Shown one piece after another: positions 23,955 to 31,251 of a stretch of 32,000 nucleotides of DNA. Source of the DNA: Planctomycetales bacterium. Lineage in GTDB: Bacteria; 4484-113; JAFGCY01. Within the stretch, counting starts at the first letter, position 1, and each line of letters begins with the position of its first letter. Made by a program: the position numbers and the translations under genes. The stretch is taken from the NCBI GenBank assembly GCA_022646745.1, contig CP060262.1, positions 2,520,001 through 2,552,000 of the forward strand, read 5' to 3'. The notes under the pieces were generated by a model. That model worked only from the letters and a program-made list of their open reading frames with translations, was not told the origin of the DNA and did no database searches.

Positions 23955-24692
23955 GTGGAAACTGCGGTGCAATTCATTGGCAGCGGCGGCGCGCGCATCT
24001 GGACATGCGCCAGCGGTGCAGCGGATGGCATCCCCGTGCTCATGTTCAACGGCGGACCGGGTTGCAGCGACTACCTTTCACCTGTTGCCGAACTGATCGT
24101 TGAGCGCTGCCGCGTGGTGCGCTTCGAGAGCCGGGGCTGCGGCCGCTCGGACTGGGACGGGAACTACGACCTGGCAACGACCATCGCCGATGCAGAAGCG
24201 GTCCGTTGCCACTACGAAATGGATAATTGCGTGCTGCTGGGGCACAGCCAGGGGCCGAACCATGCACTGGTGCATGCGATCAGTTATCCGCAGCAGGTCC
24301 GCGCGATCATCGGCATAGCCGGGGGCAAAGTGATTGACGACCGCAGCTGGAGCGAGGAGTTCCACCGCCGCTGGGACGAGACCGGTGGCGACCTGCAGGG
24401 CCTGGAGTTCCATGCCGATGAGCAGGTCAACAAACTTGGCAACGCCACCTGGCGGGAGTACTGCCGCTCTGAGAGCGTGCTGCGCGACATTGCGGCACTG
24501 GAACTACCGGTGGCATTCATCAATGGTGCGGAGGACATCCGGCCGAACTGGCCGACGCGGCAGCTGTCAGCGCTGCTGCAGGTGTCGCGCTATGTTGAGA
24601 TTGCAGGAGCTGCGCACATGCCCTGGTTCACGCATCCGGATGAATTCAGGCGGGAGCTGCACGCAGCACTGGACTGGATCGAGTCCAGATAG
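23955..24692 (+). CDS. Alpha/beta-fold hydrolase (S33 prolyl aminopeptidase-like)
   Basis: The GGPG oxyanion-type motif is FNGGPGCS. The nucleophile elbow is GHSQG. The C-terminal AAHMPWFTHP supplies the catalytic His context. Confidence 0.8.
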   Translation: METAVQFIGSGGARIWTCASGAADGIPVLMFNGGPGCSDYLSPVAELIVERCRVVRFESRGCGRSDWDGNYDLATTIADAEAVRCHYEMDNCVLLGHSQGPNHALVHAISYPQQVRAIIGIAGGKVIDDRSWSEEFHRRWDETGGDLQGLEFHADEQVNKLGNATWREYCRSESVLRDIAALELPVAFINGAEDIRPNWPTRQLSALLQVSRYVEIAGAAHMPWFTHPDEFRRELHAALDWIESR

Positions 24693-24746
24693 ATCCTTGG
24701 ATCAGCCCTTGGCAGGCAAACCGGTCGGGGAATGGACGAAGGCCGT

Positions 24747-25361
24747 TCAGGCCTGTTCGCTGCCCTCGTAACGCTCGTTGAGGATTTCCACCACGAGCTG
24801 GCCGACGCTCTTCATGCGCTGCTGGGCCTCATCAGCCAGGCTGTTGCACAGCTCCGCCGGCAGGGTGACCGTCAGCTGACGGCTCTGCTCATTGCGAAGC
24901 AGAAGCTCCTGCACGATGCGCTTGCCGATCAGCCAGTGGTCGAGGCCTTCGGCGATCTCGGCCAGCTCCTCACGTGTGATGCGCACAATGCGGCCGCCGA
25001 CCTTGTAGCTGCTGGGCAGGCTCAGCAGGAAGGGCTTGATGCGGTCCTCATTGAGGGTCTGGGCGATATCAAGGGCACCGAGGCCGTACTTGCGCGGTGC
25101 TTCGGCGATGGCGGGCAGCACACGCAGCAGGCGGCCGAAGGGACGCCAGTCGGTCCAGCCACTCGGAATCGAGGCGGCGACTTCCTCGGGACGGCCGAGG
25201 ATGTACATGTTGTACATCCGGCCGACCTTACCAGGCAGCTTGAGCACCCACTGCTGGTAGCGGTTGTCCCCGCGCAGGTAGCCGAGCTTGAGGTTGCCGC
25301 CGATGCGGATCAGCTGCTGCCAGACCGGCTGGTTGTTCAGTTCAAGTGTCTGCTGTGTCAC
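24747..25361 (-). CDS. Hypothetical protein with a C-terminal ribbon-helix-helix-like segment
   Basis: The start is GTG at 25359-25361 with AGGA about 10 nt upstream. The C-terminal QLTVTLPAELCNSLADEAQQRMKSVGQLVVEILNERY fits a beta-strand plus two-helix RHH (CopG/Arc-like) pattern. The N-terminal 150 aa are unrecognised. Confidence 0.5.
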   Translation of the reverse strand: MTQQTLELNNQPVWQQLIRIGGNLKLGYLRGDNRYQQWVLKLPGKVGRMYNMYILGRPEEVAASIPSGWTDWRPFGRLLRVLPAIAEAPRKYGLGALDIAQTLNEDRIKPFLLSLPSSYKVGGRIVRITREELAEIAEGLDHWLIGKRIVQELLLRNEQSRQLTVTLPAELCNSLADEAQQRMKSVGQLVVEILNERYEGSEQA

Positions 25362-25482
25362 TTCTTTTTCCTATCCACCTGTCATGCATATCGGCGCAGG
25401 CGTGCCCGGGCTGCAACCTCCATGCTTACCTGTAGATGATAGTGCATATCGGGGGGATAAGTCAGCGGCGGACCGGAAAGAG

Positions 25483-25553
25483 CAGGGGAACCAGGATTCG
25501 AACCCGAACTGACTGGACCAAAACCAGTAGTGCTACCGTTACACCATTCCCCT
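25483..25553 (-). tRNA. tRNA-Gln(UUG): tRNA-Gln, anticodon UUG
   Basis: The minus-strand cloverleaf reads: acceptor AGGGGAA/TTCCCCT, U8, D-stem GTGT/GCAC with a GG-containing loop, anticodon stem ACTGG/CCAGT with loop TT-TTG-GT, T-arm TCGGG-TTCGAAT-CCTGG, discriminator G. No CCA is encoded. Confidence 0.85.
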
Positions 25554-25594
25554 GCGGTGGGTTGTGATTATATCGCGGCCTTTGCATCAACGGG

Positions 25595-25623
25595 CTTGCG
25601 CAAGCAGTGCGGGTTCGTATAAT
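25595..25623 (+). promoter_or_regulatory. Sigma70-like promoter TTGCGC-N17-TATAAT ending 6 nt before the multicopper oxidase ATG (leaderless geometry)
   Basis: TTGCGC at 25595-25600, TATAAT at 25618-25623, ATG at 25630. No SD is present. Confidence 0.5.
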
Positions 25624-25629
25624 CGGGTG

Positions 25630-27111
25630 ATGCGATGCCGTTTCCCCTTCATTTCAAGCATCATCCTGCTGGCACTGGCGCAGGGTTCATGCGGCGGTTC
25701 CGGTCCGACGGAACTGGACCGCAGTGCAGGCAGTGAGTTGCGCCAGCCCATGCTGGCGGAGGATATCGACCCAGATCCGGATGTTGTGCATGTGCAGCTG
25801 AGCGCCGCTCCGCTGGTGGTTGAATTCGAGCCTGGTGTACCGACCGAGCTCTGGGCCTACAACGGAGTTTTCCCCGGTCCGCTGATCGAGGCGAAGCAGG
25901 ACGACCGCATCATAGTCGACCTGGTGAATAACCTGCCGGAGCCGACGACGATCCACTGGCACGGGGTGCGCCTGAGCAATGCCAATGACGGCACGCCCGT
26001 CACGCAGGACCCGGTGCCGCCCGGTGGCAGCTTCACCTACGACTTCACGGTGCCGGATGCGTCGCTGTTCTGGTACCACCCGCATGCCAATTCCGCTGAG
26101 CAGGTCTACCGCGGGCTGTACGGTCCGCTGCTGGTGCATGGCGACGACCCACTGCCTGCTGCGGATGAGCGGGTGCTGGTGCTGAGCGACTTGGAGCTTT
26201 CCGGCGGGCAGCTGGTACTGCCCTGGGCGGACGGCGTGCAGCAGATGGAGAATGCGATGGGCTACCTTGGCAACACGCAGCTTGTCAACGGCCAGCTGAT
26301 GCCGGAGCTGAAGGTTCGCAGCGGCGGGCTGGAGCGCTGGCGGGTGGTGAATGCCAGCGGCTCGCGTTACTACAACCTGGCCCTGCCGGGCCATGTGCTG
26401 ACGATGGTCGGCACGGATGGCGGGCTGATCGAGTCCCCGGTGGAGTATTCCGAGTTCCTGCTGGCCCCGGGGGAACGGGCCGACCTGCTTGTTGCAACGG
26501 ATGGCAGCGATGGCGACAGCACGGTGCTCATCAATGCATCGTATTCGATCATGCATGCCGCCGGCTTCATGCCGGATCCGGACCATCCGCTGATGCAGCT
26601 GCGTTACAGCGGCAGTGTGAACGGGCTGGACCGCAGCATTCCCGCGCAGCTGGCAACGATCACGGAACCGGTGGTGGATGCCGGTGAGTTCAGCCTGCAG
26701 TTCAGCGCCGCGCTTGACCCGCAGCCGATGGACATCATCGCCGGCACGGTGGACGAGGATGCGCCGATCAACTTCGCCAGCTTCGCGATCAACGGCCGGC
26801 CCTGGCCGGATGCGGCGGAACACGTTTCGCAGCTTGGCACCACGGAGCGCTGGACGCTGAACAACCACACGGTGATGGACCATCCCTTCCACCTGCACGG
26901 CTACCGCTTCCTGGTTGAATCGGGCACAGATGGCGGTCCGGCCTATCGCGGATGGAAGGACACCGTCAATGTGCACGGAAGCGAGCTAGGTGACCACCTT
27001 CTGGACATACTGATTCCATTTGAGGACAACCCCGGCAACTGGCTGTACCACTGCCACATCCTGCGTCATGCAGAACTTGGGATGATGGCGGAACTGGTCG
27101 TCAATCCCTAG
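25630..27111 (+). CDS. Multicopper oxidase (three-domain, CueO/CotA/laccase-like), exported
   Basis: The four copper-binding motifs are TIHWHGV, WYHPH, HPFHLHG and HCHILRHAELGMM. The signal or lipoprotein-like N-terminus is MRCRFPFISSIILLALAQGSCGG. I chose the internal ATG at 25630 over the track start at 25564. Confidence 0.9.
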   Translation: MRCRFPFISSIILLALAQGSCGGSGPTELDRSAGSELRQPMLAEDIDPDPDVVHVQLSAAPLVVEFEPGVPTELWAYNGVFPGPLIEAKQDDRIIVDLVNNLPEPTTIHWHGVRLSNANDGTPVTQDPVPPGGSFTYDFTVPDASLFWYHPHANSAEQVYRGLYGPLLVHGDDPLPAADERVLVLSDLELSGGQLVLPWADGVQQMENAMGYLGNTQLVNGQLMPELKVRSGGLERWRVVNASGSRYYNLALPGHVLTMVGTDGGLIESPVEYSEFLLAPGERADLLVATDGSDGDSTVLINASYSIMHAAGFMPDPDHPLMQLRYSGSVNGLDRSIPAQLATITEPVVDAGEFSLQFSAALDPQPMDIIAGTVDEDAPINFASFAINGRPWPDAAEHVSQLGTTERWTLNNHTVMDHPFHLHGYRFLVESGTDGGPAYRGWKDTVNVHGSELGDHLLDILIPFEDNPGNWLYHCHILRHAELGMMAELVVNP

Positions 27112-28174
27112 GGCAGAGTTCCTTCAGCTGTTGCCATTCCGCGGGCAGCTCAGCCTCGAACTGCATCCGCTGGCCGCTGGAGGGGTGGATGAAGCTCAGG
27201 CGGCGCGCATGCAGGAAGAAGCCGGGGTAGGCTGACAGCAGGGCATGCAGCTCACGGCGCTGCTCCTGCTCCGGCCAGGCATGCGTCCAGGCGCGCATGC
27301 TGCCGCGTTCGATGCCGGTCTCGAGGAAGCGCAGGAAGGAGCCGACGCGTCCCGCGCCGTACTTCTCGTCGTTGACAATCGCGCAGCCGATGGACTGCAG
27401 GTGGACCCTGATCTGGTGTGTGCGCCCGGTATGGATCACCACGTCCAGCAGGGTCAGCGGCCCCCAGTGCTCCGTGGTGCGGAACTCGGTATGCGCACTG
27501 CGGCCGCGCTTGCCGCCGGTCCACATCTTCTGCCGGCTGCGTGGATGGCGCTCAATCGGCAGGTCGATGATCCCGCCGGGCTGGGGCGGGGGGTCGATCA
27601 CCAGCGCCTGGTATTCCTTCTCCGTGATGCGGTCAGCGAACTGGCGGGACAGCGAGACATGCGCCGTGTTACTGCGCGCTACTACCATTACGCCGCTGGT
27701 TTCCTTGTCGAGTCGGTGCACGATGCCGGGCCGGTCGCTGCCTCCGGCATCGGACAGCTGGCCGAGGTGGTGCACCAGGGCCGCGGTCAGGGTCGGACCG
27801 GTTTCAGTCGGGGCGGGATGCACGGTCAGGCCCGCCGGCTTGACGACGACGGCGATGTGCTCGTCTGTGTGCAGGAACTGCAGCGGGATGTCGAGCGGTT
27901 CGATGTGCTCGGGGGCCGGTGGGTTCAGCAACTCGCGAAGGGCCGCCACGTGCACGTTGATGTGCATGCCGGGCTGCAGGTTGCGCTGGCCGCGCGGGAT
28001 GTGCTTGCCATCGCACAGCACACCGCCGTCCTCGATCAGGGCCTGTACCCGGGCGCGGGAGACCTCGGCGAACTCCGGCATCTGGCGCAGCCAGACGGTC
28101 ACGGCGATGTCCGCGCGCTCACCCTTGGTGCCCTCATAGTCGAAGCCAAGCCATTCCCTGCCGATGGAGTCCAC
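27101..28174 (-). CDS. rluD: RluA-family 23S rRNA pseudouridine synthase (RluD-like) with an N-terminal S4 domain
   Basis: The catalytic motif is HRLDKETSGVMVVA, with GRTHQIRVHL downstream. The N-terminus is S4-like (RADIAVTVWL...VSRARVQALIEDGGVLCDGK). The start is GTG at 28172-28174. Its 3' end overlaps the oxidase gene by 11 nt. Confidence 0.9.
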   Translation of the reverse strand: MDSIGREWLGFDYEGTKGERADIAVTVWLRQMPEFAEVSRARVQALIEDGGVLCDGKHIPRGQRNLQPGMHINVHVAALRELLNPPAPEHIEPLDIPLQFLHTDEHIAVVVKPAGLTVHPAPTETGPTLTAALVHHLGQLSDAGGSDRPGIVHRLDKETSGVMVVARSNTAHVSLSRQFADRITEKEYQALVIDPPPQPGGIIDLPIERHPRSRQKMWTGGKRGRSAHTEFRTTEHWGPLTLLDVVIHTGRTHQIRVHLQSIGCAIVNDEKYGAGRVGSFLRFLETGIERGSMRAWTHAWPEQEQRRELHALLSAYPGFFLHARRLSFIHPSSGQRMQFEAELPAEWQQLKELCPRD

Positions 28175-28180
28175 GCCCCT

Positions 28181-28212
28181 ATTATTTCACCGGCGCGGCT
28201 GGCTGCGATAAT
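28181..28212. promoter_or_regulatory. Back-to-back -10-like hexamers for divergent rluD (AATAAT-N6-GTG) and the priA-like gene (GATAAT-N6-GTG)
   Basis: attatt at 28181-28186 serves the minus strand. gataat at 28207-28212 serves the plus strand. The intergenic region is 44 bp with no SD. Confidence 0.4.
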
Positions 28213-28218
28213 GGCGGC

Positions 28219-30384
28219 GTGACTGAGCAGGCATACATCGTCGCCACCCTGGCCCGCGGCACGGCCTCGCTCGGATTCACATACCGCGGCCGGCCCGGCC
28301 TGCAACCGGGCACGCTGGTGGCGGTTTCCCTGCGCGGCAAGCTGGAACCGGGGCTGGTGCTGGCGGAGGATCCGGCGCCACCGGAGCAGGCGAAGCTGCT
28401 GCCGCTGCTGGAGCTCAGGCATAACTGGAAGCGGCTCGGTCCGCTGCTGATCCGGCTGTCGCACCTGGCTGCGGCCGGCGTGCATGAAGTGGTCGGGCAC
28501 CTGCTGCTGGACAGCGTCACGGCCTCTCTGCGCCTTGAACTGGCAATTGCTGATGCGGCGGAACTCTCGGATGCCGAAAGGCAGTCCATCGGCAGGCTGT
28601 GCGGCAAGCTTGGCACTGGACGGGCCAAGACCCTGATGAAGGAGCATGGCTGGAAGCGGCTGTGTGAGCTGGCAAATGCGGGCGGGATCTCGCTGACAAT
28701 ACAGTTCGCCGGTACCCCGGGGGTTACCAGGACGGACCCGCGCCTGCGACGTTGGTACAGGGCGGAACATCCGCTGGCGAGTGCAGCGGAGGATGGCTAC
28801 CTGCCGGGTTGCTACCTGCATGGCCTGGGCGAGGCCTTCGATCCGCAGGGCTGGCTGCACCGCGAACAGAAGCAGGAACGCTGGCAGTATCCCGAAACCG
28901 GGGCAGCACCGGACTGGCAAGCTGGGCTGTGGCCGGAGGGCTGGCGACTGCTGCAGGACATCCCCGGTCTTGGCGAGGTGAAGCTCCAGCATTGCCACAT
29001 AGTACTGTCGGGACTGGCAGATGCGCTCTACTCCGCAAGCCTGTCCGCAATCTCAGCGGGACGTCGGCTACTGGTGGTGCTGCCACAGCTCTGGCTCCAG
29101 CAGCGCATCTGGCCGCATCTCGCCACACTCGCTCCACGTATGCACTGGTATGGTTCGGACAGCGGGATCAGCGTTGCCAGCCACATCCTCACGAAGCTTG
29201 ATGAGGGCGGGCAGGTGGTGTTCGGCGGGCCGTCATCCTGGAAGCTGGCAGCCTGGGGAAACCTTGATGAAGTGATCCTGGTTGACCCGACGCATCCGCA
29301 GTTTGGCGCAGAGCGCGAACCTCACCTTGACTACCGTGAGGCACTACTGGCAACGCTGGCCGGACGCAACACGAGCTTAAGCCTGCTGGAGATGGGACTG
29401 TCGATCATGGACGGGACTGGACTGGACAAGCCTGTCAGGATCGAAGGACCCCGTCCCGTGGAGCAGGCTGCCGAGCGGCATGACGGCAGCATCGACACCG
29501 ACCCCCTGCCACTGCACCTGCGCCAGCCCGGAGTGCGCCGGCTGGTGCATTTCAACCGTCTGGGCAGTAGCCGTGGCCTGCGCTGCGTGGACTGCGGCAG
29601 CCTGGCGGACTGCCCGAACTGCGGTTCCCGGCGCATCCACTTCAGCCAGCAGCAGAAGGCCTACAGCTGCCCGGACTGCGGCTTCAGCGACCCGCGGCTG
29701 CGTTGCCAGAAATGCGGTCTGGCAACCCTGTCCTCCCAGCTGCCCGGCCTCGAAGCGGTGCAGCGCCGGGAAGGCGACCTGATCGTGCAGGGCAGCCAGC
29801 CGCTTCCGGTGATCGGCGAGGGTACCAACTGCATCATCGGCACATCCCAGCTGCTGGAGCCGCCGGTGGGCTTCCGGCCGGAGCAGGTGGTGCATGTGCA
29901 GTCTGACAACCCGGTGGGCTACATCGAGCACTGGCCGCACGAACTGGACATGCTGGCCCGGCTGGTTTCGCTGTATGAGCCGGACGGGAATGATCCGGCC
30001 TGGATAGTCAGCGAACGCCTGCCGGAACTGCTGGGAGAGCGGCTGGAACCAGGTGATGTGGCAAAGCGTTATGCGCAGGAGATCGGCCTGCGCCGGCTGG
30101 CCCTGCTGCCACCCTTCGGGCTGGTCTACCGCTTTCGCCTGTTTGCGCGGGACTTCACCACGGCCCAGCAGCTCAGGAAGGAGCTTGGCGACGAGCTGAA
30201 GGGCATGGATGGCACCAGCGTGCTGCGGCTGGGAAGGCCGGTTGCCCTGTCAGGCTCAGTGCGCCTGAGTGGCTATTTTGTCAATGATGAGCTGGAACCG
30301 GATGCCCTACAGCAGTTGCGCTGGCGGCTGTTCGAACGTGGCGGTACCCTGTCCATCCAGCCCGTCCGTGGACCCTGGCACTGA
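28219..30384 (+). CDS. priA: Primosomal protein N' (PriA) homologue with degenerate helicase motifs (pseudohelicase-like)
   Basis: The N-terminus is PriA-like (LGFTYRGRPGLQPGTLVAVSLRGKLEPGLVL). The 8-Cys zinc module is CVDCGSLADCPNCG...CPDCGFSDPRLRCQKCG. The C-terminus LRRLALLPPFGLVYRF is like PriA AGLPPF. The Walker A position reads LSGLADALYS, the DExH position reads LVDPTH, and no QxxGRxGR is present. Confidence 0.75.
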   Translation: MTEQAYIVATLARGTASLGFTYRGRPGLQPGTLVAVSLRGKLEPGLVLAEDPAPPEQAKLLPLLELRHNWKRLGPLLIRLSHLAAAGVHEVVGHLLLDSVTASLRLELAIADAAELSDAERQSIGRLCGKLGTGRAKTLMKEHGWKRLCELANAGGISLTIQFAGTPGVTRTDPRLRRWYRAEHPLASAAEDGYLPGCYLHGLGEAFDPQGWLHREQKQERWQYPETGAAPDWQAGLWPEGWRLLQDIPGLGEVKLQHCHIVLSGLADALYSASLSAISAGRRLLVVLPQLWLQQRIWPHLATLAPRMHWYGSDSGISVASHILTKLDEGGQVVFGGPSSWKLAAWGNLDEVILVDPTHPQFGAEREPHLDYREALLATLAGRNTSLSLLEMGLSIMDGTGLDKPVRIEGPRPVEQAAERHDGSIDTDPLPLHLRQPGVRRLVHFNRLGSSRGLRCVDCGSLADCPNCGSRRIHFSQQQKAYSCPDCGFSDPRLRCQKCGLATLSSQLPGLEAVQRREGDLIVQGSQPLPVIGEGTNCIIGTSQLLEPPVGFRPEQVVHVQSDNPVGYIEHWPHELDMLARLVSLYEPDGNDPAWIVSERLPELLGERLEPGDVAKRYAQEIGLRRLALLPPFGLVYRFRLFARDFTTAQQLRKELGDELKGMDGTSVLRLGRPVALSGSVRLSGYFVNDELEPDALQQLRWRLFERGGTLSIQPVRGPWH

Positions 30385-30390
30385 ACTCGA

Positions 30391-30396
30391 TATAAT
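30391..30396 (+). promoter_or_regulatory. TATAAT 6 nt upstream of the DUF4129 gene ATG (leaderless geometry)
   Basis: tataat at 30391-30396, spacer cagggc, ATG at 30403. Confidence 0.45.
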
Positions 30397-30402
30397 CAGG
30401 GC

Positions 30403-31251
30403 ATGCGCCTGTTGTGCATCCTCGGCCTGCTAGTGCTGCTCGGCGGTACGTCCGTGCATGCGCAGGACGATGGTGCAGGCTGGATTGACCGGGGCGAGGA
30501 GCTTACTGAGGATGCGGTCGAGCAGGCGCAGGGGGACCTGGCTGAACAGGTGTTCGAGACCCACGCCTATGATCCTGAGTACATCCAGCAGGACCTGCGC
30601 GGGCTGGTGGACAGGCAGCCGCGACCTGCGGCTGGCGAGGACAGCTCCCAGCTGCTGCGCAGCATCCTCAGCTCGGAGGACTTCCTGCAGAGTGAAGCCC
30701 CGGAAACGCAGGCGGATGGGGTGATGCAGAAGGTCTTCAACTGGCTGGACAACACACTCAAGCGCATGAGCCGCAGCCTGGGCCTGAACTTCGCCGGCGG
30801 CGGCGTTGTCACCTATGTGCTGGTCGTGCTGGCACTGGCGCTGGTGGCAATGCTGATCCGGCAGTTGATCATGAATGCCGGCCCCCGTTCCGACCGTGGC
30901 AGGAAGCGCAATGAGCTGGATCCGGAGCTGGACCCCGAAGTGGACCTCGTGCGGCTGGCTGAACAGCACGCCCGCGATGGGGACTTCCGGCTGGCGACGC
31001 GCTACCGCTTCCTGGCCGTGCTGCGCAGCCTGGACATGCCGGCATCCGCGTTGACAACGAATTCCATGCTCGTACGCCAGGTGCGCCGTGAGCACCCTTC
31101 ACTTCAGGCTGAGTTCAGTGAGCTCGTGCGCTTGTTCGAGGATGCCTGGTACGGCTCGCTCGACTGCGACAGGCCGCATTACAGCGCGGCAGCCAGCCTG
31201 GCAGGCCTGCTGGACCAGCGGATCCGCATCCGCGATGAGGAGCGCAAGTGA
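30403..31251 (+). CDS. DUF4129 domain-containing membrane protein
   Basis: It has a signal or TM N-terminus and a central TM (VVTYVLVVLALALVAMLI). The C-terminal ...RYRFLAVLRSLD....TNSMLVRQV....FSELVRLFEDAWYG fits the DUF4129 pattern as I recall it. Confidence 0.6.
   Translation: MRLLCILGLLVLLGGTSVHAQDDGAGWIDRGEELTEDAVEQAQGDLAEQVFETHAYDPEYIQQDLRGLVDRQPRPAAGEDSSQLLRSILSSEDFLQSEAPETQADGVMQKVFNWLDNTLKRMSRSLGLNFAGGGVVTYVLVVLALALVAMLIRQLIMNAGPRSDRGRKRNELDPELDPEVDLVRLAEQHARDGDFRLATRYRFLAVLRSLDMPASALTTNSMLVRQVRREHPSLQAEFSELVRLFEDAWYGSLDCDRPHYSAAASLAGLLDQRIRIRDEERK

Noticed and set aside
24693-25553. Genomic island or prophage remnant integrated at tRNA-Gln
   Set aside because: There is no integrase, transposase or phage gene. 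The direct repeats (tgcatatcgg) do not match the tRNA 3' end. The flanking genes look like ordinary chromosomal genes with the same composition.
25593-25602. Palindrome CTTGCGCAAG as a shared bidirectional -35 for tRNA-Gln and the oxidase
   Set aside because: It fits the plus-strand promoter (N17 to TATAAT). On the minus strand the spacing to the TATAAT at 25572-25567 is about 20 nt, too long for a standard sigma70 promoter. Only the plus-strand use is reported.
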